This document shows positions 37,873 to 49,900 of a DNA stretch of 64,000 nt, piece by piece. The stretch comes from Hydrolagus colliei. Taxonomy: Eukaryota. Numbering within the stretch: position 1 is the stretch's first letter; every line of letters begins with the position of its first letter. The stretch covers positions 5,084,001-5,148,000 of the forward strand of contig CM068760.1 of the NCBI GenBank assembly GCA_035084275.1, read 5' to 3'. The translations under genes and the position numbers were made by a program. Below the pieces are notes generated by a model. It did not search any database. It was given only the letters and a program-made list of their open reading frames with translations, and was not told the origin of the DNA.

Positions 37873-37946
37873 ATGTCTGAGAACGATCCGGGCGGAGGGG
37901 GTTCGCCCGCAGCCCCTCTCTGCGCCTCTTTTAACCAGGACTGCAC
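37873..37946 (+). CDS. WIPI1: WIPI1 exon 1
   Basis: [27 protein letters not shown]|gtaaga. Confidence 0.9.
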
Positions 37947-40900
37947 GTAAGAAGCCGCCAGCGTCTGTCTGTCTGTCTCTGTTTGTCTGTCTGTCTGTCT
38001 CACTCACTCACTTCCTCCCTCCCCTCCCTCCCCACCGCTTTTATTGTTTATAAACAGTTCCAGGAGTTTCTAAACTGGTTTGGGGGGGAGGAGGCGAGTC
38101 ACTATCCCAGCTTCACTCACTCCTCTTCACTCACTCCTCTCCTCATTCCTCTCCACTCACTCATTTCTCTTCACTCACTCCTCTTCTCATTCCTCACTCT
38201 ACTCACTCACTCACTTCACTCTAGATTTGGATGTGAAGCCAACATCTGGAATTCGATCTACCCAGGAACGCTTTTTACCCAGGAAAGGGAAAAGGAACAG
38301 GGAATTTGGGAAGGATTTAACCTGGAAAATATTCTCTGCATCTTTACTCTCAATTTAACAGGGTTGGGAGGTTGGAGTTTTTAAAGCGAATTCAACTTCT
38401 AAAATGACTTTGTCCTTTCACTTGTAACCAAGTCAATGAATTACTGTACATAGGACAGGATATACAGACAAATTAATATAAGGCAGTACAATACAAGATA
38501 AGTTTACATATTTAAAGTTGAAATTATGTTTCAACCCGAGAAAAATAGCTTCTCTGTAGAAATCCTTATGAAATTATTTTGTTGTTTTGAAAACCTCATC
38601 ACCTCTCAACCTTCTAAACTCAAGGGAATATAGACCAGGTGTATGCAAGCAGTCCACATAATTTAACCCCTTTAAAGCCCTGGTATAATTCTGGTGCGTA
38701 TGTGAATACAACGACAGCAAAATAATTACACTTGTATAGGGCCTTTCACGTCAGGAGGACATCCAGGTCACTGCTTCAGACCCGAGCTGGGGATGGGGAC
38801 TGGGGTAGTGAGAGGGAAGGTGTCGGGGGGGCGGGAGGGTGGGGGAGGTGCGGAGGGAAGGAATAGGGAAGGAAGGAGCAAGGCATGGAACATCACTGTT
38901 GAGCCTGGTATGGTACAGAAAGCAATTACGAATGGGTAGCTTTGGCCTCCATTCTCCTCCTTCTCCCAAGATGCTGTGTCCAAATGTATAATATTCCCTC
39001 CCTCGCTGGCAGAGCAGGCCGTGAATCAAACCTGCATCCTTTAAAAACGTCTTTAAAAACCTCTCCCTCCAAACAAGCCCCAGTTCTGACGGAGGGTTGT
39101 AGACCCGTTGACTCTTTTTCCTTTCTCCATGGATGCTGCCTGACCTGCTGAGTTTCCCCAGCAACTTTTGTTTTTGATTCTGCATCCTTCTGATTTGTGT
39201 GGCTTGTGTTTTTTTTTAACCGCAGAGTGTTATCGATGGGAGCTGGACTGCAGACATCTTTCAACCACACTCTCACAAACTAGGCACCCTAGCTAGGAGT
39301 TTCAGTGCCTTGGGACGTCCTCCCGACGTGAAAGGCACTATACAAATATAATTCTGTTGTTGTTGTTGTTACTCCAAGGCTTGGTGAAGTCTGCTGTGCA
39401 GGCCACTATGCAAGTGCATATTGTGTTTTGTTGGTGGTGGTGTGGATGGGATGGGATCCTGTGAGTTTTCTCTATTGACCACCAGGACTACACCAAACAG
39501 TGAAACAACAACTTGCATTTACATTGTGGCCCTCACATGGGCTAGCGCTCTGAGAAGCCGTCCGGGCTGGAGGGCGCTGTATAAATCGAAGTTGTTGTTG
39601 TTGTTGCATCTTGGAGTGCTTAACAGTGATGGAGTCTGCCGTTGAGCCATTGGGGGGTGGGGTGGGGGGTGGGTTGGAGGGAGGGAGGGAGGAAGTGACT
39701 GTACACGTGGTTGTAGAGAAAGGTTTTCAGGTGCGATCTGAACATGCGGAAGCACGAAGCAAAGTTGAGAGAGACAGAGAGAGTTCCAAAGTTTTGGGGG
39801 CATAGTGGCTGAAGGCGCACGCAAGGTCAATCCGTTCTGCGGTTGGGAGCCAATTGGCCAGGGCCGGTGCAATGGAGGTATGGAGTTTAGAGCGGGTGAG
39901 AGTGTTTGGGCGGTGGAATTTTGTGGACAGTGGAGCTGAGGAGGGTATTGGAACACTCACTAAGGCGATTGAGGTGGCTGGCTTCATTTTACTTTTCATC
40001 CAACTGAATTAGCTGATTCATTTTGGTCTAGTGCACTCGCTGCACTTCCTGAAAGGCTGTTGCTTTCCAGTGAGTCAGCAGGTTACTGTAAAACGTTTAT
40101 GTCATGCGATTAGAATTATTTATGTTTATTTGAATATCCCCTCCCACCCCACCCACCATGAGAGTGAAAGAGGACATCTTTCGGGTGAAAATGTAGGCCG
40201 TGTGACATCTTATTAAAAGTCCAGCTGTGTTCCAGAAACAGACATAACGTTTAAAAATAACTAAATGACCAAAATCTGTATCAAGCTATTCAAGTAGACC
40301 CTACGCGTACATCATAATGTGGGTCAGTGGAGATTAATTAAATCAACTCAGATTTTTTTTAATGATAATTTTAAAACGATGCTTTAGTCCACAAAACATT
40401 TGAAATTACCTGCGCAGAAAATAATAGTAATAATACCAATAATAATACATATACTGTAGTTATAGATAGCATCTTATTGCATCACCAAAACATCTCAAAG
40501 AGCTTCACAGAATTTACTGTAAGGGTAGTGACTATATATATATATATATATAGGCATGCACGGGGACACATTTGTATAGAACAATGTCTCGCAAACAGCC
40601 ATGAAGTGAATGACCAACAATAATTGTTGGCTAGGGTACTAAGATTTACTGCCCCTTCCCATCCTTCTTTAAATCCTGACTGAAAATCTGCCCCTTCGAC
40701 TACATTGATTTCCTCTCCCTCTCACTCCTGCTTTGCTCAGTTATGACCCTCCCATTCCATCAATTACTCTATAATTACACGTCGTTGTTGTATTCAAATT
40801 ATGATCAGGTCATGTGAGCTAACATTCAACAAGCCTTGGGATGTCCTCCTGACCTGAAAGGTGCTATACAAGTGTAATTTTGTTGTTGTTGTTGAGGGCC

Positions 40901-43900
40901 CTGAGCCTTAGCCCTACATTCACCACAATCTAACAACCCTGTGATCCATTATTTTTGAATCTTCTCTTTGCTCTGCAGATCTCTGGCAGTTGGTACAAAC
41001 TCGGGGTATAAACTCTTTTCTCTCTCTTCGGTGGACAGATTGGAAGAGATCTACAAATGCAGTGAGTGGCAGTTCTTTTTGTTGTTATTTCCCCCCCCGC
41101 GCTCCCCCCATTAAAGAACAGAGGGGAGGGGAGGTGAGGAGAATTTTGTTTTTTTGCATAGAAGTTGTTCAGATTTGAAATGCATTGCTTGAAAGGTTGG
41201 TGGAAGCCAATTCAACAACAACTTTTGAGAGAGAAGTAGATGATTATTTGAGGGGAGAAAGCGGGGGAATGTGTTTGATTTGGATAGCTCTTTTCAAAGA
41301 GCTGGCATAGACAGAATGGCTGAATGGGCTTCTTTTGTAATATATAATTCAGATTTTATGATTAACGTTTGGGGACCAAGTAACATTCTATATTTTAACA
41401 CACGAAAGGTCGCAAATGAACGATAGCATCACTTTGAGTGTAACTCGGAAGATTATTTAAAAAGGCAGAGGCTCATTTGATAGATGGCTTTTCTGGGGGT
41501 AATAATCTCTTTTTAAAAAATTGTCAGTCAATCCATGACTGTTTGTAGGACACTGCTGTGTGCTGCCCCGTTTCACCCGCAGAATAAACACCCAATTCAG
41601 TATATTTGTGGTATTTTCCTTGAAGCGCTTTGAGACGTCTCAAATACTTGATAAAACACTCTGTCAAATGCAAGGACTATCACGATGGAGTCAGGGAGGT
41701 TACATTCACTGTGTTGGCAAGTTACCAGATCTCAGTAGGAGCCATCCCATCTTTATTCGACTTAATTTATGCTTCACAGAGCTTAAAAAAACACACACGC
41801 ACACACGGCATTGGGAATCCAGAATACATGCTTTGTTCATTTTGAGGTCAGATGACTCAGGTTTAATGCAGACAATTCAGTGGCATTCTGGAGGACATGG
41901 CATGCCTACTATAATGATAAGCAGATTCACAAAACACAGGGATTCGGTTGTGGTTTAATCTCTCCAGCCAAGTCTGGACATATGAGGAAAAATCTTGACC
42001 ATTCCAGCTACCAGGCCCAAGAAAAGCACAGAGGCAGGCTGTTCATTTGTTTCCATTTCCACCTTGGACTCCTGTCAAAAGCATGTGGCAAGCACCCAAT
42101 GATCTATTGGGTAAAGGTGCAGTAGTCACTAAGTCTTGAGGACGCTGAAGTTTTCAGGTTCGAATCCCGATCTGTGTCGAATTACCTGATCTGATCCAGG
42201 GAAACTTTCGGAGATGCTTGTGTTGGCTTCAGGAACGCATTGGTTGGAATCCACCAGGGTTCATCTCTCCTTTGCCATCCAGTGACTCCTGTTAAAGATT
42301 TGGGACTTCTGATGAACAACAATGATAAAACTACATCTGTATAATAGTAATAATAATAATCCTTGCATTTGATGCAGCGCTTTTCACATCTTATCGACAT
42401 CTCAAAGCGCTTCACAGAATATACTGTAAAGTGAATATTTGTGGGCGAAACGTGGCAGCCAATTGCACAAGCAGTGTCCCCACAAACAGTCGTGGATTGA
42501 AATGACCAATTTTTTATTGTTGTGGTTTTTTTTGGGACAGATTATTATTAGGCGTGTGAGTGGAATAACGAAACTTGCTCAAAGTTTCGCCCTGACCTGC
42601 CTGGATTCGAGCACAAGTCTCACGCTTGTAAGGCGAGTGCTCTAACCACCACGCTCCACCTGGCGCGTGTATAGTTCCTTTCACGTCGGGAAGACGGGAT
42701 TGGGTTTATCTTTGGTTCCCTTCCTCCAACCTCCCCCCCCCCCACCCGCCCTCTTGTGGGCTGCGAATATCCAAGTCAAAAAGTTCACTTTTTTTAAAAA
42801 AAAGCTGTTGATTCCTGCAGAAATTCAGCCCAGTCAACAAATTCAGGACAGGCATTCAACTCAGCCTGTAATGGATTAAACCTCAGTGTGGATGAGTGCA
42901 ATGTGGTTCAGATGGAAATAGGGGAACATGGAGTGTCTGTTTAGAGGTACTGTACAAAGTTTGACCCATCGCTTGCTGATGTCACACCACTTTGGTTCAC
43001 AAGGGAAGCGTGGCCCTTAGCGATACGCACTAGCGGATGTCGAGTAACTGTGAAACCACACTCCAGCGAATTGGGGAAAGGAGGGGTGGGGGTGGGTGAG
43101 GTGGGGAATTGAAAATGAGGAAATTGCGTGTGATGTCGAAACCAGGAATGGCATCAATAACAAACCAATGGCTTTGAATTTCCCCCCCACACCCCCCTGC
43201 CCTCCACCATGTTTTGTTGGAATGTTCTTCATGCATTACTAGGTGTTCAAGGAACATTGCTGCTTTTCAAACCTTTTTTTCTGATATCTATGGGAAGCGT
43301 TCTCAGATTGTGGAGCTCCTGTAGCTCAGTGGTTAGAGCACTCGCCTTGCAAGCGTGAGACCTGTGGTCAAATCCAAGCAGGTCAGGGAGAAACCTTTGG
43401 GCAAGTTTCTTTACACCACACGGCTAATAAACCTAAAAAAAAATAAAAAATTAGTCGTTTCAGTCCACAACTATTTGTGGGACGCTGCTGTGTGCAATTG
43501 GCTGCCGCGTTTCGCCCACAAATATACAGTCAATTCACTTTACGGTATATTCTGTGAAGCGCTTTGAGACGTCTAGAAGACGTAAAAATTCTTAACTAAG
43601 GCATCATGTTAAGAAATCGCGCAAATTAGACTCAGTCATGTGCTAAGATCATTTTAGGTCCAGGAAATTGTAGGAGATGACATGGGGAAGAACCCTATGA
43701 TACATATGGGACTCAAAGTAAGGATTGGATTAATATGAGTTTAAATCCTGGCTCCCGTACACTACACAGACATACTTTAGCCACCAGGAGGCTGTTTTAC
43801 TTTCTTGAACATTTCCACTTTCGAAAGAACAACTGAGCTCTTTGGGATAGGAAGTATGCCAGAAATCTTTGATGAATGTCGTTCCCTAGTCTTTATTCCT

Positions 43901-46900
43901 CACAATGTTTTCAACTTTAGCCAGGAAGTATTAACCTTGTCGTATTTCATAGAATCATAGAATTTTACAGCACAACAGGAGGCCATTCGGCCCATCTAGT
44001 CTGTGCCGGCTCTTTGAAAAGAGCAACTCAATCCCAATGCCCCGCTCTCTCCCCACAACCTAACAGACCTGTTCTCCCTAAATAAAGATCTAATTCTCTT
44101 TTAAAAACTGTTATCGAATCGGCCGTCACCACCTTTTCAGGCAATGCATTCCAGATTCGATTTGTCTCTCTTCAAAATAAATAACAGACTGAACTTTGGA
44201 ATGAAAGTCCATGAACGACAAATGGACATCACTTGTAAGATCATAAGAACCTTTAAACCGACAGCAAAACCCCCCACCTGCAATTATGCTCCCATTCTCT
44301 GCACCAGTTCTGGGCAATTGGAAAAGTGTGGCTGTGGTTGAATGGGAGATAGGAGAGAAGAACTGAGCCAATTTGCTGTGGTGGACTCCCCATTACCTAA
44401 GCATTCAGGTCCACATTGGTCCAGAGCAGAACTATTGACATCTCAAAATGCTTCACAGAATATACTGTAAAGCAAACTGACTGTATATTTGTGGGCGAAA
44501 CCCGACAGCCAATTGCGCACAGCAGCGTCCCACAAACAGTCGTGGGTTGAAGATGACCAATTTTTATTGTTGTGTTTTGGATTTTTGTTTGGACGGATTA
44601 TCATTAGTGTGTGTGTATGTGTGTGTGGAGTAAAGAAACTTGCCCAAGGTTTCGCCCTGACCTACCTGGATTCGAACACAGCTCTACATGCTTGTAAGGC
44701 AAGAGCTCTAACCACTGAGCTACGGGAGCTCCGGTTCACCAATGGCAAGCTGGCGTGAAAATGCTTCTAAAGTGTCCCGACGTTCTCGATCTCTCTCGTC
44801 CCCACACAGCAGACACTCCGGATGTCTACATTGTGGAACGGCTGTTCTCCAGCAGCCTGGTGATCATTGTCAGCCTCTCAGCTCCGCGGAAGATGAATGT
44901 TTATCATTTCAAGAAAGGGACAGAAATCTGTAACTACAGCTACTCCAACACAATCCTGACCGTGAGGCTCAACAGACAGGTATGGGCTGGAAATAATAAT
45001 CCTCGCATTTTTTTTGGCATTTGATACAGAGCCTCCTGTAGCGAGAACAGGTGCTCGGTTATCTCGTTTATAAAGTACACCCCCCCCCCCCCCCCGCCCT
45101 ACTCCCACCCCTAACCCAGTTCTACATCAGTGCTTTGGTATAAATGGTGGGAATTAGAATGTGAGAATACACGCAACCCATAAATTCTGCCACGCTCACC
45201 CACAAAACATCCGGTTTACAGTATATTCTGTGAAGTGTCTCAGTGACGTGACAAAGCACTATTTTAAATGTGAGGATTTTTATTAGTATTGTTATTATTA
45301 TTATGATGAAGTGCTTTGAGACGTCAATAAGACGTGAAAAGCGCTATATCAAATCCAAGAATTATTATTATTATCATCATTTGCTCCGGGATTCTCAGCT
45401 GCCGCCTCTGTCCCATGAAGCCGTTTTGAGCTCTGGGTAGTTTTACGACTTTGCTCTTTTTTTTGTCTCGGCAGAGGCTGATCGTGTGTCTGAAGGAAGC
45501 CATTTACATTCACAATATCAAAGACTTGAAGTTACTGAAAACCATTCAAGAAATACCACCAAACCCTACAGGTGGGTAAGATACATCACCCAAACCTAAC
45601 AAGTGGCTGGGAACCAAGTCAATGGGGCCCGCATGCTGGACTTGGGAGATTCCTTTGAGTTGTTCCACAGGGAAGAGAGTCAATCATTTTATTTCCAGTG
45701 TTGGTTGGTTCATGTCCGGGACAACTCAAAAGAGAGACCAGTGTCTCCCGGAGTCCGGGCCAACAAATCGCCCAAATAAAATTGGTCACCCATGGGTTTT
45801 TGTGGGGTATTGGCGTGTACAAACGAGCTGCCACACTTCGCCCACAAAATACACAGTCAACCCACTTGACAGTTTGTCCCATGAAGTTGCTTTGTGACAT
45901 CTCAACAAATTGACAACGTGTTAGATCAAACGCAAGGATTATTATTATTATTATTATTAATATTATTGCTGTTGTTATTATTTGTTGCTATTACAAAGTT
46001 AATGCCCCAATTGCAGACAGTGTAAAACATTGGGGATACACACGGATGATGTCTTGTTAGAGGGAAAGGAACCAAAAGTGATGTAATGTCTGGTCGTGGA
46101 ATATTTAAGTGTTCTTCCAAACCATCGTTAAGTCATAATAATCACTTCTGGTCAATCTTGCGATTGGCAGCCTGTCAGCTTCGTTCCTTTGCCATTCAGA
46201 AACGCGCACCTCTGCACAGGAAGGAGTTTACAAGCCGGGCAGCTTTGCGAACTTTTGTTAGACTGCCATCAACTTTCTCAGGGGCGTGCGTTTGGCCCAG
46301 ATATACTTGCCACTGCTCTGCTGATCACTGTTTAGGCCGGGCATTAATTATCTGTAATTTAAGAGAGGAGAGCGCACTCAGGTCTCCTTTGTCGTCATTC
46401 TAAACGCAAGAGAAATGGAACGTAGTGTAAGCTGCTGCGAAGATACCGGCCTTGCCAGTAATTCCAGTGAAATATCAATGGAACGCACTCCCCAGAGAGC
46501 GATGTGCTCTGATCCTGGGATAATGGGAACCATTCATTAATGTGCCTGGAGACTGTGAATGTGCCAAGTGTATATTGGGTGTAACTTGCCTCTTGCTGGC
46601 TTAACATGCAATTAATAGCAGGAGGTGGGATGGTCTCTGACTGTCTCCCTGTAAAGGACACCCCCTCCACTCCCCCCCCACCCCCTCTCCCCGCCCTCCA
46701 CCTTGTCTGTGGGATTTGCAGGTCCTGTCAGTAACCACTACCTCTGATCAACTTATAATGAAACCAGAACCGTGTAAAGCGTTACATCGAAAGAGCAGGT
46801 CATAAAGTGATTCACATACTGTATCTATAAGAAAAAATATCACTGTCCCACTGCAAAGTAAAGACAAGCTAATTGCCAGCATTTTCACTGTGGTTATCAC

Positions 46901-49900
46901 ACATCATTACAGTCAGTAGCCACACACACCAAGCTCTCGTTTCCAAGTAACATATGTGGCCCTGGTTCACATTCTGTATCCTTGCACCCTCATTTGCGAC
47001 ATGCGCAAACGGTGTGCGCAAATGGCTGCCACGTTTCACCAAAGTATACAGGCAATTCGCTTTGCAGTATATTCTGTGGAGAGCTTTGAGATGTCTCGAT
47101 GACGTGACGAGGCGCTGTATATCAAATGCAAGGATTAATATTATTAATATTATGTCTGCAATTATATGTCAATCTCTTTAATGTTGCCGCTTGCTTGTTT
47201 CTCCCAGGTCTCTGCGCACTTTCCATCAATCATTCCAACTCCTACTTGGCATATCCAGGCAATGCCACTATAGGAGAGATTGTGATTTACGATGCAAATA
47301 ACTTGGTGAGTCAGTATTGCGGTGGGGACTAATGAGGATTTGTCACTTTCATTAAAATAATAAAGGCAAAAGAATAACCCCTGAGATAGGGAAAGAAAAA
47401 GGGACGTATTAAGTTGTTCATTAAAAGTTAATCGCAAGGTTTAGTGAGATGAAAATTGTCTCAGAGGTGAGACGTCTGGCCAAGGCAAACATAGACGTAT
47501 AGATACGTCCTCAATACTGTAAGATATATTCTTAAAGGTCAGGATGATCCTAGCTGGAAAGAAGTTCTGCCGTGTTCCCAACATAGAGCTCCTGTAGCTC
47601 AGTGATTAGAGCACTCGTCCTTACAAGCATGAAACCTGTGTTCGAATCCGGGCAGAACATGGCGAAATCTTGCGCAAGTTTCCTTATTCCACACACCCAA
47701 TAACCAGTTAAAAAAAACCACAGTAATAAAAATTGTTCATTTCAATCCACGTCTGTTTGTGGGGGACGCCACTGTGTGCAATTGGCTGCCGCGTTTCGCC
47801 CACAAATATGCACTCAATTCACTTTACCGTACATCCTGTGAAGTGTTTTGAGACGTCTAGAAGCCGTGAAAAGCGCTGTATCAAATGCAAGGATTATTAT
47901 TATTTTATTATTATATGAAAGGCTGTTCTCTAAATTTCTCTGATTTGATCTTTGAGTAACTGCACCCTTTGATGGAGCAAGATACTCCCATTTAAAGGCC
48001 CACATAAATCATAAAAAGATCTCTCATTGAATTCAACCTGATTCAGATGATTGTTGAGGGCATCGTTCAGGCTCAAGCCATCTGAAAGGGAGTCCAATGG
48101 AGCGCCCAGGTAATAGGGAATTCTGAGTAGAATGAGGACTGTTCGATGAAGACCTGTGATTCTAATCTGAGCTCGACCACCCTCCCCGATATCATACTTA
48201 TTCAAGTAATGAAAATTAACCTCTGTAATGAGGAAGTGTTGCAGTTTCCTTCCTCCCCCAAAAAGGTTTCTTCCCTTTACTCCCTTCCTTTCCTAAAGCC
48301 ACCCAACCCTGGAGCTCCTGTAGCAAAGTGGTTAGAGCACTCGCCTTACAAGCGAGAGACTTGCTTTCGATTCCAGGCAGGTCAGGGCGAAACTTTGGGC
48401 AAGTTTCCTTACTTCACACGCCTGATAATAACCTCACAAAAGAAAACAATATTAAATTGGTCACTTCAAACCACGACTGTTTGTGGGATACTGCTGTGCG
48501 CAATTAGCCGGCTGCCCCTCATATATACGACCAATTCACTTTACAGTATATTCTGTGAAGGACTTTTGAGACGTCTAGAAGACATGAAAAGCGCTATATC
48601 AAATGCAAGCATTATTATTATTATTATTACAGATGTAATTTTGTATTGTATGTGCAGTCCAAAGCTTCCTTGTTGCACTGGGATTGTATGATGTGTTGGT
48701 TCCTCATGGCTCCTCTTCTTCCACCTTCAGAACAACATTTCAACAATCCTGGCGCACGATGGCTCTCTCGCTGCACTAACCTTCAACTCCACGGGTTTAA
48801 AACTGGCCAGTGCCTCCGAAAAGGTCAGTTCAAAATCTCCCTACTTGCGCTCCTGAATGCAAAACAAACTTTAAATTCTTCCCCAAAGCCCATCCAACCC
48901 ATTCCCCTGCCAGGCTCCATCCATTCCTATCTTCCCCAGTAGATCACCTTTATTTACGTGGTCCTCATACTTATCTTCATATGCCTCCCTGGAATTGCCC
49001 CAACTGACCTCAACGAAGTCCTATTCCTATGTCGATCCTTCCGCTCCTTCAACTCTGGCCTGTTTCATGTCCTCCGTATACTTCTGTCCCACCGTTGACG
49101 GGCGAGTTCAGCTGCTTTGACCCTCTGTCTCTTCAGACATCCCTCCGCCTCCCCACGCCCCCCCCCCCCCCCCACCCCACACAGCCTTCAAAACTCATCT
49201 GCGAAACAATCGCTTTTACCGCACCCTCACATGAATAAAATTGGTCATTTCAATCCACGACTGTTTGTGGGGACGCTGCTGTGCGCAATTGGCTGCCGCG
49301 TTTCACCCACAAATAAACACAGTCAATTCACTTTACAGTATATTCTATGAAGCGCTTTTGAAACGTTTGGAAGACGTTTCAAGAATCAATCAAATTCAAG
49401 GATTATTATTATTATTTGAGTTGGTATATCCCCAGTGCTGCGGTCTGTGCACTAAAGTGTGCTCACTCTGTTCCGCCCACAGGGTACTGTTATCCGAGTC
49501 TTCTCTATTCCTGAGGGACAGAAACTCTATGAATTCAGGCGAGGAATGAAAAGGTAATGCTACAGTAAAACTCGAATGAGTTGCATCAGTCGGGAACGTA
49601 ACAGTCAATCTGACTTGCACAAAATCCAAGCTGGAGGAAAACTGGTATAAATCGTATCAAATGCAGTTGAATTAATAATCTACGTGCGTAATTCACTGCA
49701 GCTGGCATGGCGACAGGTGCAGTTGCATGTCCCTTGGTTCAATGAGAAATCTCAGGATTTGGAATATTTTACCTACAATCTGCCTTGTTTTGTCACATTT
49801 GAACAGCTTCCAGTACACAGGAAATTGGATATTTGTTGGGTGGTGGTTGGGGGGGGTGTGGGGGGCAATGATTGCTGGGTCACTCAATGAACTTGACGGC

